37,437 bases of DNA from Clostridia bacterium (GCA_051866635.1 JBJDXJ010000034.1:1-37437), one strand, 5' to 3'. Positions 1 through 8,588 are shown, counted from the first letter of the stretch. Notes: a model not told the origin generated them from the sequence alone. Translations and numbers: made by a program.

Positions 1-4
1 ATTT

Positions 5-65
5 ACCACTGGGGACGGGTTCATTTTGATAAAAAATTTGCCAAAATGAACCCGTCCCCAGTGGT
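5..65. repeat. Perfect 24-bp inverted repeat (REP/MITE-like hairpin)
   Basis: ACCACTGGGGACGGGTTCATTTTG (5-28) is the exact reverse complement of 42-65; 13-nt loop. Confidence 0.85.
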
Positions 66-128
66 TATAAATTTGTCAACACCAATGACAATCATAATAA
101 TCTTTTACCGCAGAAAGAGATGCAAAAA

Positions 129-275
129 GCCTCCCTCTGACGAGGGAGGTGGCACGGCAAAGCCGTGACGGAGGGAAAGAAAATGTTAAGTTTCTCATAT
201 CCCCGATGAAAAAGGAACAATTTCTTTTCTCTCCCCCTGTCAGCAAAGCTGACAGCCCCCTCGTCAGAGGGGGCC
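129..275. repeat. GC-rich multi-hairpin REP-like interspersed element
   Basis: Outer arms CCCTCTGACGAGGG / CCCTCGTCAGAGGG, inner hairpins CACGGC-AAA-GCCGTG and CTGTCAGC-AAA-GCTGACAG around an AT-rich spacer; resembles interspersed repeats of gut Clostridia (from recall). Confidence 0.7.
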
Positions 276-290
276 AAGGGTTAAAGGGTT

Positions 291-324
291 AAAAAGAAGC
301 TCCCGATTTGGGAGCTTCTTTTTT
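291..324 (-). terminator. Rho-independent (bidirectional-type) terminator of the 339..5993 gene
   Basis: AAAAAGAAGCTCCC-gattt-GGGAGCTTCTTTTT, 15 nt past the stop codon, A/T tracts on both sides. Confidence 0.9.
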
Positions 325-338
325 GCATTTGTATTGGA

Positions 339-3300
339 TTACTGAATCTGAGCGGTATCAAATGTGAGTGTGTATGTACCGTCACCGTTGTCTGTAAGCT
401 GTGTTGCAACCTTAACCTTTGAGTTATTGTTGTTAATTCTTACATATTCGCTCCAGTAATTTGTGTTAAGCTTTGCATTGCCTACGGGTGTAAGTGTTAC
501 AGTATATGTTGTACCATCTACTGTTGTTTCGCTTACATTAAAGAATGCATCGCCTGTGTAAGCACCTGTACCTGTTGTACGTGCTGTAAGTGTGCTGTCT
601 GCAAAAGCAAGACGGATACCTGTCTGGTTTACATATGCGTTAAGCACATTTACAAGTACTTCGGGCATTTCACCTGTATGGTCTTCGGGGTCACTTGCTG
701 TACCGTTATCTGTTGTGTAACCGTTTGCAAGGAGACCTGCCGCTACCTTATAGATACTTCTTGTAACAGGAGTACCGTAGTACTTTGTACCGCCAATTGA
801 TACATAAGGTGTAGCTGTGAAGTTACGGTTGTAGTTTGTTACTTCAAGGTTTGTAAGTGCAGAAGTGTATACAGAGTCAGCTACCTGCCACTTTTCTGCA
901 GGAATGTCAACAGTAGTTGTTGTGTTGCCTTCTGCTGTGATTTCAACACCGAAGGTTGCACCTGTTACTGTTGCAAGAGAGTCAGTAGCATTTACTGTTG
1001 TGATAAATCTGAGACCGCTTCCTGTGGAAACCTTGCCGTCTTTATCAACGCCGTCACCAATACGTACCTGAGCACCGTCAACCATTGCAACGCCTACGCT
1101 TGCCGGACGATAGTCAGCATCTGTATCAGGTGCAATTGTTACTACACCGTCTGTAACTGTGTAAACGTTTGTATCGTCTGTTACATAAGCTGCTGTTGTG
1201 TAAACCTTGATTGTTTCGCCTGTGGGAACAACATAGCTGTCTGCTGTGTCTAATAATGTACCCATCTTTGTAACCTTTGTTGCGCCTGTAACTGTAACTG
1301 TGTTAGCAGAAACAACATCGATATAGGATGCGTTACCTTCGTATGTGCCGCCTGCTACGCACGCTTCACGTTCTGCAATGTATGCAGCACCGTAAGCCGC
1401 ACCAAGACGGATTGTAATTGTGGAAAGACCTGCGTTAGCTGCTGCCTTCATCATTTCAGTTACATCCATCTGGATATACTGAGCTGTGTTTGTGGAAGCA
1501 TTGGTGAACATATATTTTGTATAGCCTGTGAAACGAGGAGCAGCTGTATCTGTGTATGTTGCACCGTCTGTAAGCGTTGTCCAGCTGTCGTCATTAATAG
1601 CTGTACCGGAAATACGAAGTGTTGTATTACCGTTAGCAAAGCCGTTGCCATGCCATGTACGAACATAGAAGTTAGCAATTGCAGCTTCGCCGTCAGCAAG
1701 TGAAACTACGGGGAACTGAAGGTAACCGTTACGGTTGCCGCCGAGTGTTGCAGGTGTCTTACCTGCATCTGTTACGGATACTCCGTCATCATCAGTAGCA
1801 GGGTCGTTACGGTCTGCATTACCTGCAGATGCAACGAATATGCTGTTAGAGTTTGTAGCATTTATACCCCAAACGTTGTTGTCGTTATCAACAAGCATAT
1901 CTTCCAAAACTGCATATCTTTCGATAAGTGTAAGTGTTACAGTCTTAACTGCACCTTCGTCTGCATCTGTAACTGTGTAGCTCTGTGCTTCTGCACCTAC
2001 AATATATGCCTTGCCGCCAAGTACAAGGTACTGACGTGCGCTTGCAGCAACATTGTATGCTTCTGTACCGATGATAAATTCTCTTGCGTCGGTATAGAGT
2101 GTTTCGCCGTCTGTTGTTACGTAGTTAACTGTCATGTTAACGCCGGGAGCTACCTTTGTAGCAAGGATAACATCAGAAAGGCTTGATGTAGTGTAGCTGA
2201 TAGCTTCGCCTACTGCTGCTTCTGCAAGAACTGTTGTTCCGTCAGAGGAGAGAAGTACGTCAACTGTTGTGTTGTCTGTGCTTGCCTTGGGGAATGTAAG
2301 TGTTACATCGCCTGTGGGCTGTACAGAATCAGTATTGAACTGCATAAGGTCAAGTTCATAAGCTGTTTTAGCGGTGTATGTTACATCGCTGATTGTGTAT
2401 GCATTTGTTGAACTTGTAGCTCCAACTGTCCACTTTGTGGAGAAGGGAACGTTTGTCTGTGCACCTGTGATTGTAACATTGTTGTCTGTTCTTGTGAAAT
2501 CTGCTGTGTAAGAGTAAGCAGAACCTGTACGGTTGAACTTATTAAGTGCAGTATAGTACGTATCAATGTTACTTACAACATCATTCATCATAAAGATGTC
2601 GCCCTTGCCGTAAGCCATCCAGTTGTAGAAGTTAGTTTCGTTAATCCAGTTGGGGTTGTTGCTCTGTGCAGCACTAACAAGGGTGTTTCCTGTGCCAAAG
2701 AGGCTTGTAGGTGTTGTATAAGCATGAATCTGAGAAATTGTTGCACCGTCTGTAAGAGAGGAATATGTGCTGTCAAGGTAGCTTACGATGCTGCTATAGC
2801 TACTTTCTTCTGTATATGTAGTACCACCATTTAAAGCAGAACGGTTTATAAAGTAGCTGCCCTGACAGTTAACAGCTCTACCCTTAGCAAAGGGAAGGAT
2901 AACTGCTTTTGTACCGCTTGATGTAATTTCGCCGTACTTTTTGTCCCAAGAAGTTGTCATGTACTCGGTAAGGCCTGTGTCCTTAAGGAGCTCAACAAGT
3001 GCAGCGTATACGTATGCGTTGTCGTCACCTTTAGAGGCACCGTACTGTGAGTCGTTATCTGTAATTACCTCGTAATGACCGTCTGCGCTACCACCGTAGA
3101 GGGCGTCACGAGTTGTCTGGAAGTCAAGGATGATAACTTCACCGGGGTTTTCTTTACACCACTGTGCAATTGTGATTGCAACGTCACGGAAGTTTTCAAA
3201 TGCAGGACCATGTACTGTTGCAAATGTGCCGTTCTCCTGACGGGAAAGACGAATATCGAAGTATCTTACACCTGAATTAAGCTGGGTAAGAGCGTCTGCA

Positions 3301-5993
3301 GTCTGTGTACGGGAGTTGCCTATTACTGTGGAAGATGAACTTGATGCACCGCTATCGCCGAAAAGGGCACCACCTTCGTTTGTAAATACGCTTGATTTAT
3401 CCGCAAAAGCGTTATGAGCACCGATATACTTGGACTGAGAGAGCCAGTTATCGTCTGTGAAGTTGTTTCTCATGTACCAAGAACCGATAGAAGCTGTTGT
3501 AGCTTCGTATGTAGCTGTAACTGTGTTACCGCTTACTGTTCTTGACTTCATGATGTGACCGTCATAATGAGGAATGGGTAATGTTTCAGCACCTGTGCAT
3601 TTTACAGTGTATGTGTCAGAAACAGAACCTGTTGCAGTAAATGTAACTGTTACAAACTGGCTTGCCTGGTCGGGTGCGTATACCTTTACGTTGGAAAGTG
3701 CAGCCGAACCTGTGTTACCGCCGCCGTTATTTGTCATAACGATAGTATTGATGTAATCAGCTGCAGCACGGAAAGCATAGTCTGTACATGTAAATACAAC
3801 ACCGGTTGTTACTGTGTCGTAAACTGTGAGAGAGTATTTATCTGTGTCTACATTACCGTGGATAAAGAAACGGTATGTCTTGTTCTTTTCAAACTGAATA
3901 TCTGTCTGAGCAACAGGCTGTGCACGGAAGTAACCGTTGCCGTCAGCGTCCCAACCGAGACCAATCTGACCTGCGCCCCAAAGGTTGCTGTCGGCAGAAT
4001 GATATATCCACAAGTTGTCGTAGTCAGACGCTGTAAGGTCGTATTCAATATAGAAATCGCCTGTTACGTTTACGGGGAAAGTAATTGTACCGTTTGCTGC
4101 AAGGTCGCCGGGTGCGAATGTTTCGGAAAGAACTGTAACAGTTGTGCTGCCGGATACTTCATTACCTTCGATAGTAACTGTACCGTTAATTGTGTGTGTA
4201 CCTACACTAAGACCTGTGTAGCCGGACCATGTAGCACCGGAAACAGTTGTTGTTGCGCCGGCACCTGTAACTGCTGTTACGGTTGTGGGCATAATGGGGT
4301 CGTTACCTTCAATTACCGTGATAGCATCTGCTGTAAAGCTAACAAAAGCGTCGGTTGTATATGTAAGTGTAACAGTATCTGTGTTACCTACAACTGTGTA
4401 GCTTGTGGGGTTTGTGCTATCTAAAGAATAGGGGTTGCCGTTGTATGTAATTGTTGAGGGAACAAGGGTCGTATTTGTAAGGTCAATAACATCGCCTACA
4501 ACGCCTGTTACTGTAGTTGATGTTGCAATTTCAGTAGTTCCGTCAGAAGAGTCAACAAACTTGATTGTTGTGTTGGCAATCTTAGAAGAGTCAATCTCTA
4601 CAGGGTAAACTTCAACATCTGCAAGACCTACAGAACCCCAGCCTTCGAAGAATACGAGGTATTCTTTTGTTGCTGTGAAAACGCCTGTCTTCTGTACCCA
4701 AGCGCTGCTTGTGCCGAAGCCGCCATTTCCAATAATGTCAAGGCTTTCTGTAGTTGCGCTGTCGGATTGACCTAAACCGTGCCACTGGTCGCCTGCCTTA
4801 ACCCACAAGCTGTAGTAGTATGTTGTGCCGGGTGTTATATCCCAAGCCTGCTTGATAGAGTTTGTGGAAGATGCGCCGCCGTTACCGGAAGATACAGCTG
4901 CTCTTGTTGCACTGTCGGGCTTATCGCTTGTTGAAATTGAGTAATTTGTGGGAGGTGTTGTGTTAGCACGGCTGTACCAACCATTCATACCGTGTTCAAA
5001 GTCACCATTGGGAACAATGTTACCGCCTGTTGTAACATAGGGTGTGCCGTCAACTGTGATTGCACTGCCTGTAGTATAGTTACCCCAGTTAGTAACAGGA
5101 CTCATTTCGATTGTACCTGTTGCAGAAAGTTCCTGCTCCGGAGCATAGTAGAGTACATTTGTACCGCTTGCTCTGTAGTAGTATTCAGCCAAAGCAAGAC
5201 CTGTTGCTGTTGTACTATCGTACTTGCCTGTAACAGTTTTAACTGTTTCGCCGCCTGCTGTGTATGTAGCTGTTACTTCAACCTGTGTTTCTGTTGCAGG
5301 GTATACAGCACCGATTGTAAGGTTACCGAAACCGATATGGTTCCAAGCTGTGGACCAACGACCGTTAGAAGATGTGATACCGCCGAAGCCTGTGATTGTA
5401 CCTGCTTTGTCAGCTACTGTGGAAACAACGCTGCCGCCTACATAGTATTCAACTGTATGAGTGCTGCCGTCTTCATTGTTGTATGCAACGATAGCACAGT
5501 CTGTACCTTCTGCGGGATAACCCATGTAGTACTCGCCTGTAACAGATGTGTAGTTCTTATCGAGCTTTAAGAACGCAATTTCTGTGCCGTTCTTATCTGT
5601 GAAGGAGAAGTCGAAGTACAAGTCAGAAGGGTTCTGTCTCTTCAATACCCATTCGATAATGAGCTTTTCTTCTGTACCGTCACCATAGCCGGGAGAAGTG
5701 ATTGTTGTAACGTTTGCAGTACCGTTTACATAGTACTGAATAACGTTACCTACGCCGGAATATGTTTTTACGTTAACATAACCGCTTGTAATGCTGGATG
5801 ACCAGCCGGAAAATGCGTCAGCGATAGCTGTGTCGTTGAAGGATCCGTCGGGACAAGCCCAAAGAACATCACCGCCAAGAGTGTCGATAACGCCTGTTGT
5901 TCCTTCAGCGCCTACTGTCAAGCTAAACGCCGGAACAATAGAAAGGACCATTGCAAGGGAAATTACAATGGCCACAAAACGTTTAAGTTTCAT
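339..5993 (-). CDS. Large secreted modular protein (1884 aa): signal peptide, CBM4/9-like, MucBP/Ig-like and lectin-like modules, PI-PLC-X-type catalytic domain, DNRLRE-like module, conserved C-terminal domain
   Basis: ATG at 5993 with GGAGGA RBS 7 nt upstream (ORF track starts 5 codons earlier); signal peptide MKLKRFVAIVISLAMVLSIV; NIVPNGDFEHG (CBM4/9-like); GAHNAF...TQ...QLNSGVRYFDIRL...TVHG...EVIILDFQ (PI-PLC motifs, ~3480-2540). Confidence 0.85.
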   Translation of the reverse strand: MKLKRFVAIVISLAMVLSIVPAFSLTVGAEGTTGVIDTLGGDVLWACPDGSFNDTAIADAFSGWSSSITSGYVNVKTYSGVGNVIQYYVNGTANVTTITSPGYGDGTEEKLIIEWVLKRQNPSDLYFDFSFTDKNGTEIAFLKLDKNYTSVTGEYYMGYPAEGTDCAIVAYNNEDGSTHTVEYYVGGSVVSTVADKAGTITGFGGITSSNGRWSTAWNHIGFGNLTIGAVYPATETQVEVTATYTAGGETVKTVTGKYDSTTATGLALAEYYYRASGTNVLYYAPEQELSATGTIEMSPVTNWGNYTTGSAITVDGTPYVTTGGNIVPNGDFEHGMNGWYSRANTTPPTNYSISTSDKPDSATRAAVSSGNGGASSTNSIKQAWDITPGTTYYYSLWVKAGDQWHGLGQSDSATTESLDIIGNGGFGTSSAWVQKTGVFTATKEYLVFFEGWGSVGLADVEVYPVEIDSSKIANTTIKFVDSSDGTTEIATSTTVTGVVGDVIDLTNTTLVPSTITYNGNPYSLDSTNPTSYTVVGNTDTVTLTYTTDAFVSFTADAITVIEGNDPIMPTTVTAVTGAGATTTVSGATWSGYTGLSVGTHTINGTVTIEGNEVSGSTTVTVLSETFAPGDLAANGTITFPVNVTGDFYIEYDLTASDYDNLWIYHSADSNLWGAGQIGLGWDADGNGYFRAQPVAQTDIQFEKNKTYRFFIHGNVDTDKYSLTVYDTVTTGVVFTCTDYAFRAAADYINTIVMTNNGGGNTGSAALSNVKVYAPDQASQFVTVTFTATGSVSDTYTVKCTGAETLPIPHYDGHIMKSRTVSGNTVTATYEATTASIGSWYMRNNFTDDNWLSQSKYIGAHNAFADKSSVFTNEGGALFGDSGASSSSSTVIGNSRTQTADALTQLNSGVRYFDIRLSRQENGTFATVHGPAFENFRDVAITIAQWCKENPGEVIILDFQTTRDALYGGSADGHYEVITDNDSQYGASKGDDNAYVYAALVELLKDTGLTEYMTTSWDKKYGEITSSGTKAVILPFAKGRAVNCQGSYFINRSALNGGTTYTEESSYSSIVSYLDSTYSSLTDGATISQIHAYTTPTSLFGTGNTLVSAAQSNNPNWINETNFYNWMAYGKGDIFMMNDVVSNIDTYYTALNKFNRTGSAYSYTADFTRTDNNVTITGAQTNVPFSTKWTVGATSSTNAYTISDVTYTAKTAYELDLMQFNTDSVQPTGDVTLTFPKASTDNTTVDVLLSSDGTTVLAEAAVGEAISYTTSSLSDVILATKVAPGVNMTVNYVTTDGETLYTDAREFIIGTEAYNVAASARQYLVLGGKAYIVGAEAQSYTVTDADEGAVKTVTLTLIERYAVLEDMLVDNDNNVWGINATNSNSIFVASAGNADRNDPATDDDGVSVTDAGKTPATLGGNRNGYLQFPVVSLADGEAAIANFYVRTWHGNGFANGNTTLRISGTAINDDSWTTLTDGATYTDTAAPRFTGYTKYMFTNASTNTAQYIQMDVTEMMKAAANAGLSTITIRLGAAYGAAYIAEREACVAGGTYEGNASYIDVVSANTVTVTGATKVTKMGTLLDTADSYVVPTGETIKVYTTAAYVTDDTNVYTVTDGVVTIAPDTDADYRPASVGVAMVDGAQVRIGDGVDKDGKVSTGSGLRFITTVNATDSLATVTGATFGVEITAEGNTTTTVDIPAEKWQVADSVYTSALTNLEVTNYNRNFTATPYVSIGGTKYYGTPVTRSIYKVAAGLLANGYTTDNGTASDPEDHTGEMPEVLVNVLNAYVNQTGIRLAFADSTLTARTTGTGAYTGDAFFNVSETTVDGTTYTVTLTPVGNAKLNTNYWSEYVRINNNNSKVKVATQLTDNGDGTYTLTFDTAQIQ

Positions 5994-6041
5994 TTTAATT
6001 TCCTCCAATAAATTTATTTCCTATTATATATGAAGAAACGC

Positions 6042-6108
6042 ATACTGCGGTTACCACTCCGCAATATAATTTCCGCTTACAGACCCGTTACCACTCGGCT
6101 CTCTAAGC
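6042..6108 (-). promoter_or_regulatory. Tandem hairpins with identical AGUGGUAA loops in the 5' leader
   Basis: TTACCACT at 6051-6058 and 6088-6095, each closed by a different stem (6042-6050/6059-6067; 6081-6087/6096-6102). Confidence 0.55.
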
Positions 6109-6278
6109 CTATATAAAAGGATTACAATATTAATATGTTTGCCTTTCGGCAGGACGTGAAAACCGCCTTTATCCCTGTCGACCTCAGGAATGTTTGTAAG
6201 GCTAAATTCCCACAAATTAAAGTCTTATAAATAGGGTGTGGGCGATAAAAACCCACTATCAACCTATTATACGGAAAT

Positions 6279-6307
6279 ATAATACCACCCAAAGCAATAA
6301 TTGTCAA
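6279..6307 (-). promoter_or_regulatory. sigmaA promoter for the large secreted protein
   Basis: Minus strand TTGACA-17 nt-TATTAT with a TG extended -10 motif. Confidence 0.75.
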
Positions 6308-6434
6308 CACATTTTTTGCTGTCAGAAGGGAATTTTTTAAGCTAAATTTCTTCTAAATTCATGAAAATAACGGGGTGGAAAATAAAACTGTTTGATTTTA
6401 TATACAGTTCAGTGGTAAAAAATGTGTTCTACAG

Positions 6435-6605
6435 AACAAAGTGTCTCCTCACTTTTGGCAATAGCTTTGCTAAAGTGAACAGAGGAGAAAACACTTTGTT
6501 ACGCCATGTGCGTTTTCCTCTTTTGCGAGGAAATTCTCGCACGGCAATAAAATCAAAATTTATTTTTGCATTATAGAAAAAGAGGAATTTCCTATAATGC
6601 AAAAA
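6435..6605. repeat. Cluster of inverted repeats at the island's left edge
   Basis: Long imperfect hairpin 6435-6500 (AACAAAGTGT/ACACTTTGTT, TCTCCTC/GAGGAGA) and a 14-bp IR TTTTTGCATTATAG (6563-6576)/CTATAATGCAAAAA (6592-6605). Confidence 0.55.
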
Positions 6606-6606
6606 A

Positions 6607-6668
6607 ACAGCACACCTTAAAGTGTGCTGTCCTGGCGGAGAAAGAGTTCTGCCTGTCATATACACAAT
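6607..6668. repeat. Direct repeat copy 1: terminator-like hairpin + tRNA-Ser-3'-end-like att core
   Basis: ACAGCACAC-n6-GTGTGCTGT then TGGCGGAGAAAGAG (reverse complement CTCTTTCTCCGCCA); repeated at 8335-8397 and 8553-8588. The hairpin is also placed to terminate the ATPase gene. Confidence 0.8.
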
Positions 6669-8116
6669 CATTCAATACCCCTGTACCCGTTCTTTTCTGC
6701 ATGACCAAGCAAATACAAAAATGCATATGCAGGAATACGAAGCATTTTAAAACCATTTTTAGCATTATGCACGCCGTAATCATTGGGAGCTTTTGTAACA
6801 ACAATTGATGCTGCTGATTCTTCACACAATTCACATATTGCGTCAGTATCTGCAATCGGTGCTCCATCACGGTATTTTACTTCTATCAGAATATTTTTTA
6901 ATTTTGGATATTCTACCACAATGTCAATTTCTTTATTCTTTTTTCCACCTCTATAATAGCCTACAGAAGTTGCCTTTTGATAGTAAAAGGCTGCAATATG
7001 CTTATAAACGGCAGTTTCTGCAATTTTGCCCATTTCCACAGGATCTGTGAGCAAATTATCGTCCATTAAAACGGCATTTCTTATAGCGGCATCTGCGATA
7101 TATATTTTTGGTCTTGCCTTTAACACTTTTTTGTCTGCCATATTTATCGGCCAGCTTTGATAAATGAGATTTGCGCTTTCAAGATATGATATATAATTTT
7201 CAACTGTCGGACGGCTTACTCCATTAAGTTCTTTCGCTATGGCATCCAATGACACTATTTCAGAGGAAACATTGCACAAATAGAGAAATATCCTTTCTAA
7301 TTCCGTTGAATTGCGTATATTGTACAAGGACGGCAAATCTCTTTTTAAAACCTTGTCAACTACATCTTCTCTCATTACCTGTTCGGCAAAAATATCATCA
7401 TTAGCAAGTGCTAATTCAGGGAATCCACCCACCCTTAAATATCGGTTAAAGTGTTTTTGTATATCAGAGAGCTTTATCATAATCTCCGAAAATTCGCGAT
7501 ATTCCATTTTTACAAGATTTGTTGGTCTTAAATCCTTTGGTAACACCGGTCGCTCAATGTTTAAAAGTTCACAATATTCATAGAATGACATTGTAGGAAC
7601 CTGTATAACAGACCATCTTCCTGCACCGCTTTCCCTGTCGCCTTTAATAAGGGCCGGACTTGCAGAGCCTGTTGCAACAACCTTAGTTTCCGGCTGCATA
7701 TCGTAGATTATTTTTAACCATTTATCCCATTCGGATGCGTATTGTATTTCATCAAAAAAATAATATACATCTTTATCTGCACAGATGTTTTCATGATAAC
7801 ACTCTAAAATATCATTAAATGCACTCAATTTTAACATGGGATGATCCATTGATATAAAAACAATCTTTTGAGGACTTACGCCTCTTTTTAAAAGAGATTC
7901 AATCATCTGGTACTGTATTGTAGTTTTGCCAACTCTTCTTGTGCCTGTAAGCACAACAATTCTTCTTATTTGCTCATTGCTAATTTTTTTCATGGCTTCA
8001 TAAAAAGCAAAGCGTTTATACGTTTTGGAAAAAGCTGTACTCATGGTACCGTTTTTCCACCACGGGTTATAAGCTGAAAGTACCTTCAGTATATTTTCCT
8101 TTGTTGTAATTGCCAC
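6668..8116 (-). CDS. AAA_14 / DUF4143 family ATP-binding protein
   Basis: Walker A GTRRVGKT, Walker B FFDEIQ, TGS, GGFPE, C-terminal EIDIV...IEVK restriction-endonuclease-like motif; GTG at 8116 with GAGGTG RBS (track start 8125). Confidence 0.9.
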   Translation of the reverse strand: MAITTKENILKVLSAYNPWWKNGTMSTAFSKTYKRFAFYEAMKKISNEQIRRIVVLTGTRRVGKTTIQYQMIESLLKRGVSPQKIVFISMDHPMLKLSAFNDILECYHENICADKDVYYFFDEIQYASEWDKWLKIIYDMQPETKVVATGSASPALIKGDRESGAGRWSVIQVPTMSFYEYCELLNIERPVLPKDLRPTNLVKMEYREFSEIMIKLSDIQKHFNRYLRVGGFPELALANDDIFAEQVMREDVVDKVLKRDLPSLYNIRNSTELERIFLYLCNVSSEIVSLDAIAKELNGVSRPTVENYISYLESANLIYQSWPINMADKKVLKARPKIYIADAAIRNAVLMDDNLLTDPVEMGKIAETAVYKHIAAFYYQKATSVGYYRGGKKNKEIDIVVEYPKLKNILIEVKYRDGAPIADTDAICELCEESAASIVVTKAPNDYGVHNAKNGFKMLRIPAYAFLYLLGHAEKNGYRGIE

Positions 8117-8137
8117 AAAAACCACCTCTTTATTTAT

Positions 8138-8166
8138 ATAATATCCAAAACTTTCATTTTTGTCAA
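8138..8166 (-). promoter_or_regulatory. sigmaA promoter of the ATPase gene
   Basis: Minus strand TTGACA-17 nt-TATTAT. Confidence 0.75.
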
Positions 8167-8259
8167 CAATAATTTAAAGTATATTTATAATTATTTGCAA
8201 TTTTTTTGTAAATATACTTCAATTATTGTTTTTTAATGGTTGGCGCATTATATAAATTA

Positions 8260-8397
8260 TTCATTTTTGAGCATTACCGCAACTTAAAAAGACAAATCTT
8301 CGTTTTCCTTGGTTTTACTTCCTTTACGCAAAAAGCAGCACACCCTAAAGTGTGCTGTCAAGGGCGGAGAAAGAGTTCTGCCGGTTATATACACAAT
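8260..8397. repeat. Direct repeat copy 2 (with ~75-bp left extension shared with copy 3)
   Basis: 8335-8397 matches 6607-6668; 8260-8372 matches 8470-8588 (GAGCATTACCnCAACTTAAAAAGACAA...CTTCGTTTTCCTT...). Confidence 0.85.
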
Positions 8398-8437
8398 TTA
8401 TTTTTCTACAAAACAACCTGATGAACTTATTCTGTTT

Positions 8438-8461
8438 TATCGTTTAATTGTGAAACGTCCC
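8438..8461. other. Isolated res-subsite-like sequence
   Basis: TATCGTTTAATTGTGAAACGTCCC is 22/24 identical to 16670-16693 directly upstream of the resolvase gene. Confidence 0.55.
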
Positions 8462-8469
8462 CAAAAACT

Positions 8470-8588
8470 TTCATTTTTTTTGAGCATTACCTCAACTTAA
8501 AAAGACAAGCCTTCGTTTTCCTTAGTTTTACTTCGTTTACACCAAGATACAAACAGCACACCCGTAAGTGTGCTGTCCTGGCGGAGAA
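8470..8588. repeat. Direct repeat copy 3
   Basis: Same left extension, hairpin ACAGCACAC/GTGTGCTGT (8553-8576) and TGGCGGAGAA (8579-8588), diverging afterwards. Confidence 0.85.

Noticed and set aside
3858-5570. Cys-rich + strand ORFs (188 and 192 aa)
   Set aside because: Antisense shadows of the Thr/Val-rich large gene (ACA reads TGT); no RBS.
6042-6102. T-box riboswitch (GAGTGGTAACCGC resembles GGGTGGTACCGCG)
   Set aside because: Motif sits in closed hairpin loops, occurs twice, lacks stem I and a following terminator, and the gene is not amino-acid related.
6135-6200. c-di-GMP-I riboswitch (GAAAGGCAAAC)
   Set aside because: The downstream P2/P3 with GCAAAG and tetraloop-receptor elements could not be found.
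6633-6646. tRNA-Ser gene
   Set aside because: Only ~14 nt resembling the 3' acceptor strand; no T-loop (GTTCGAA) or cloverleaf.
6607-8588. CRISPR array or integron attC array from the three hairpin repeats
   Set aside because: Spacing is irregular (1.7 kb and 0.2 kb), no cas genes or tyrosine integron integrase, no attC R-box pattern.
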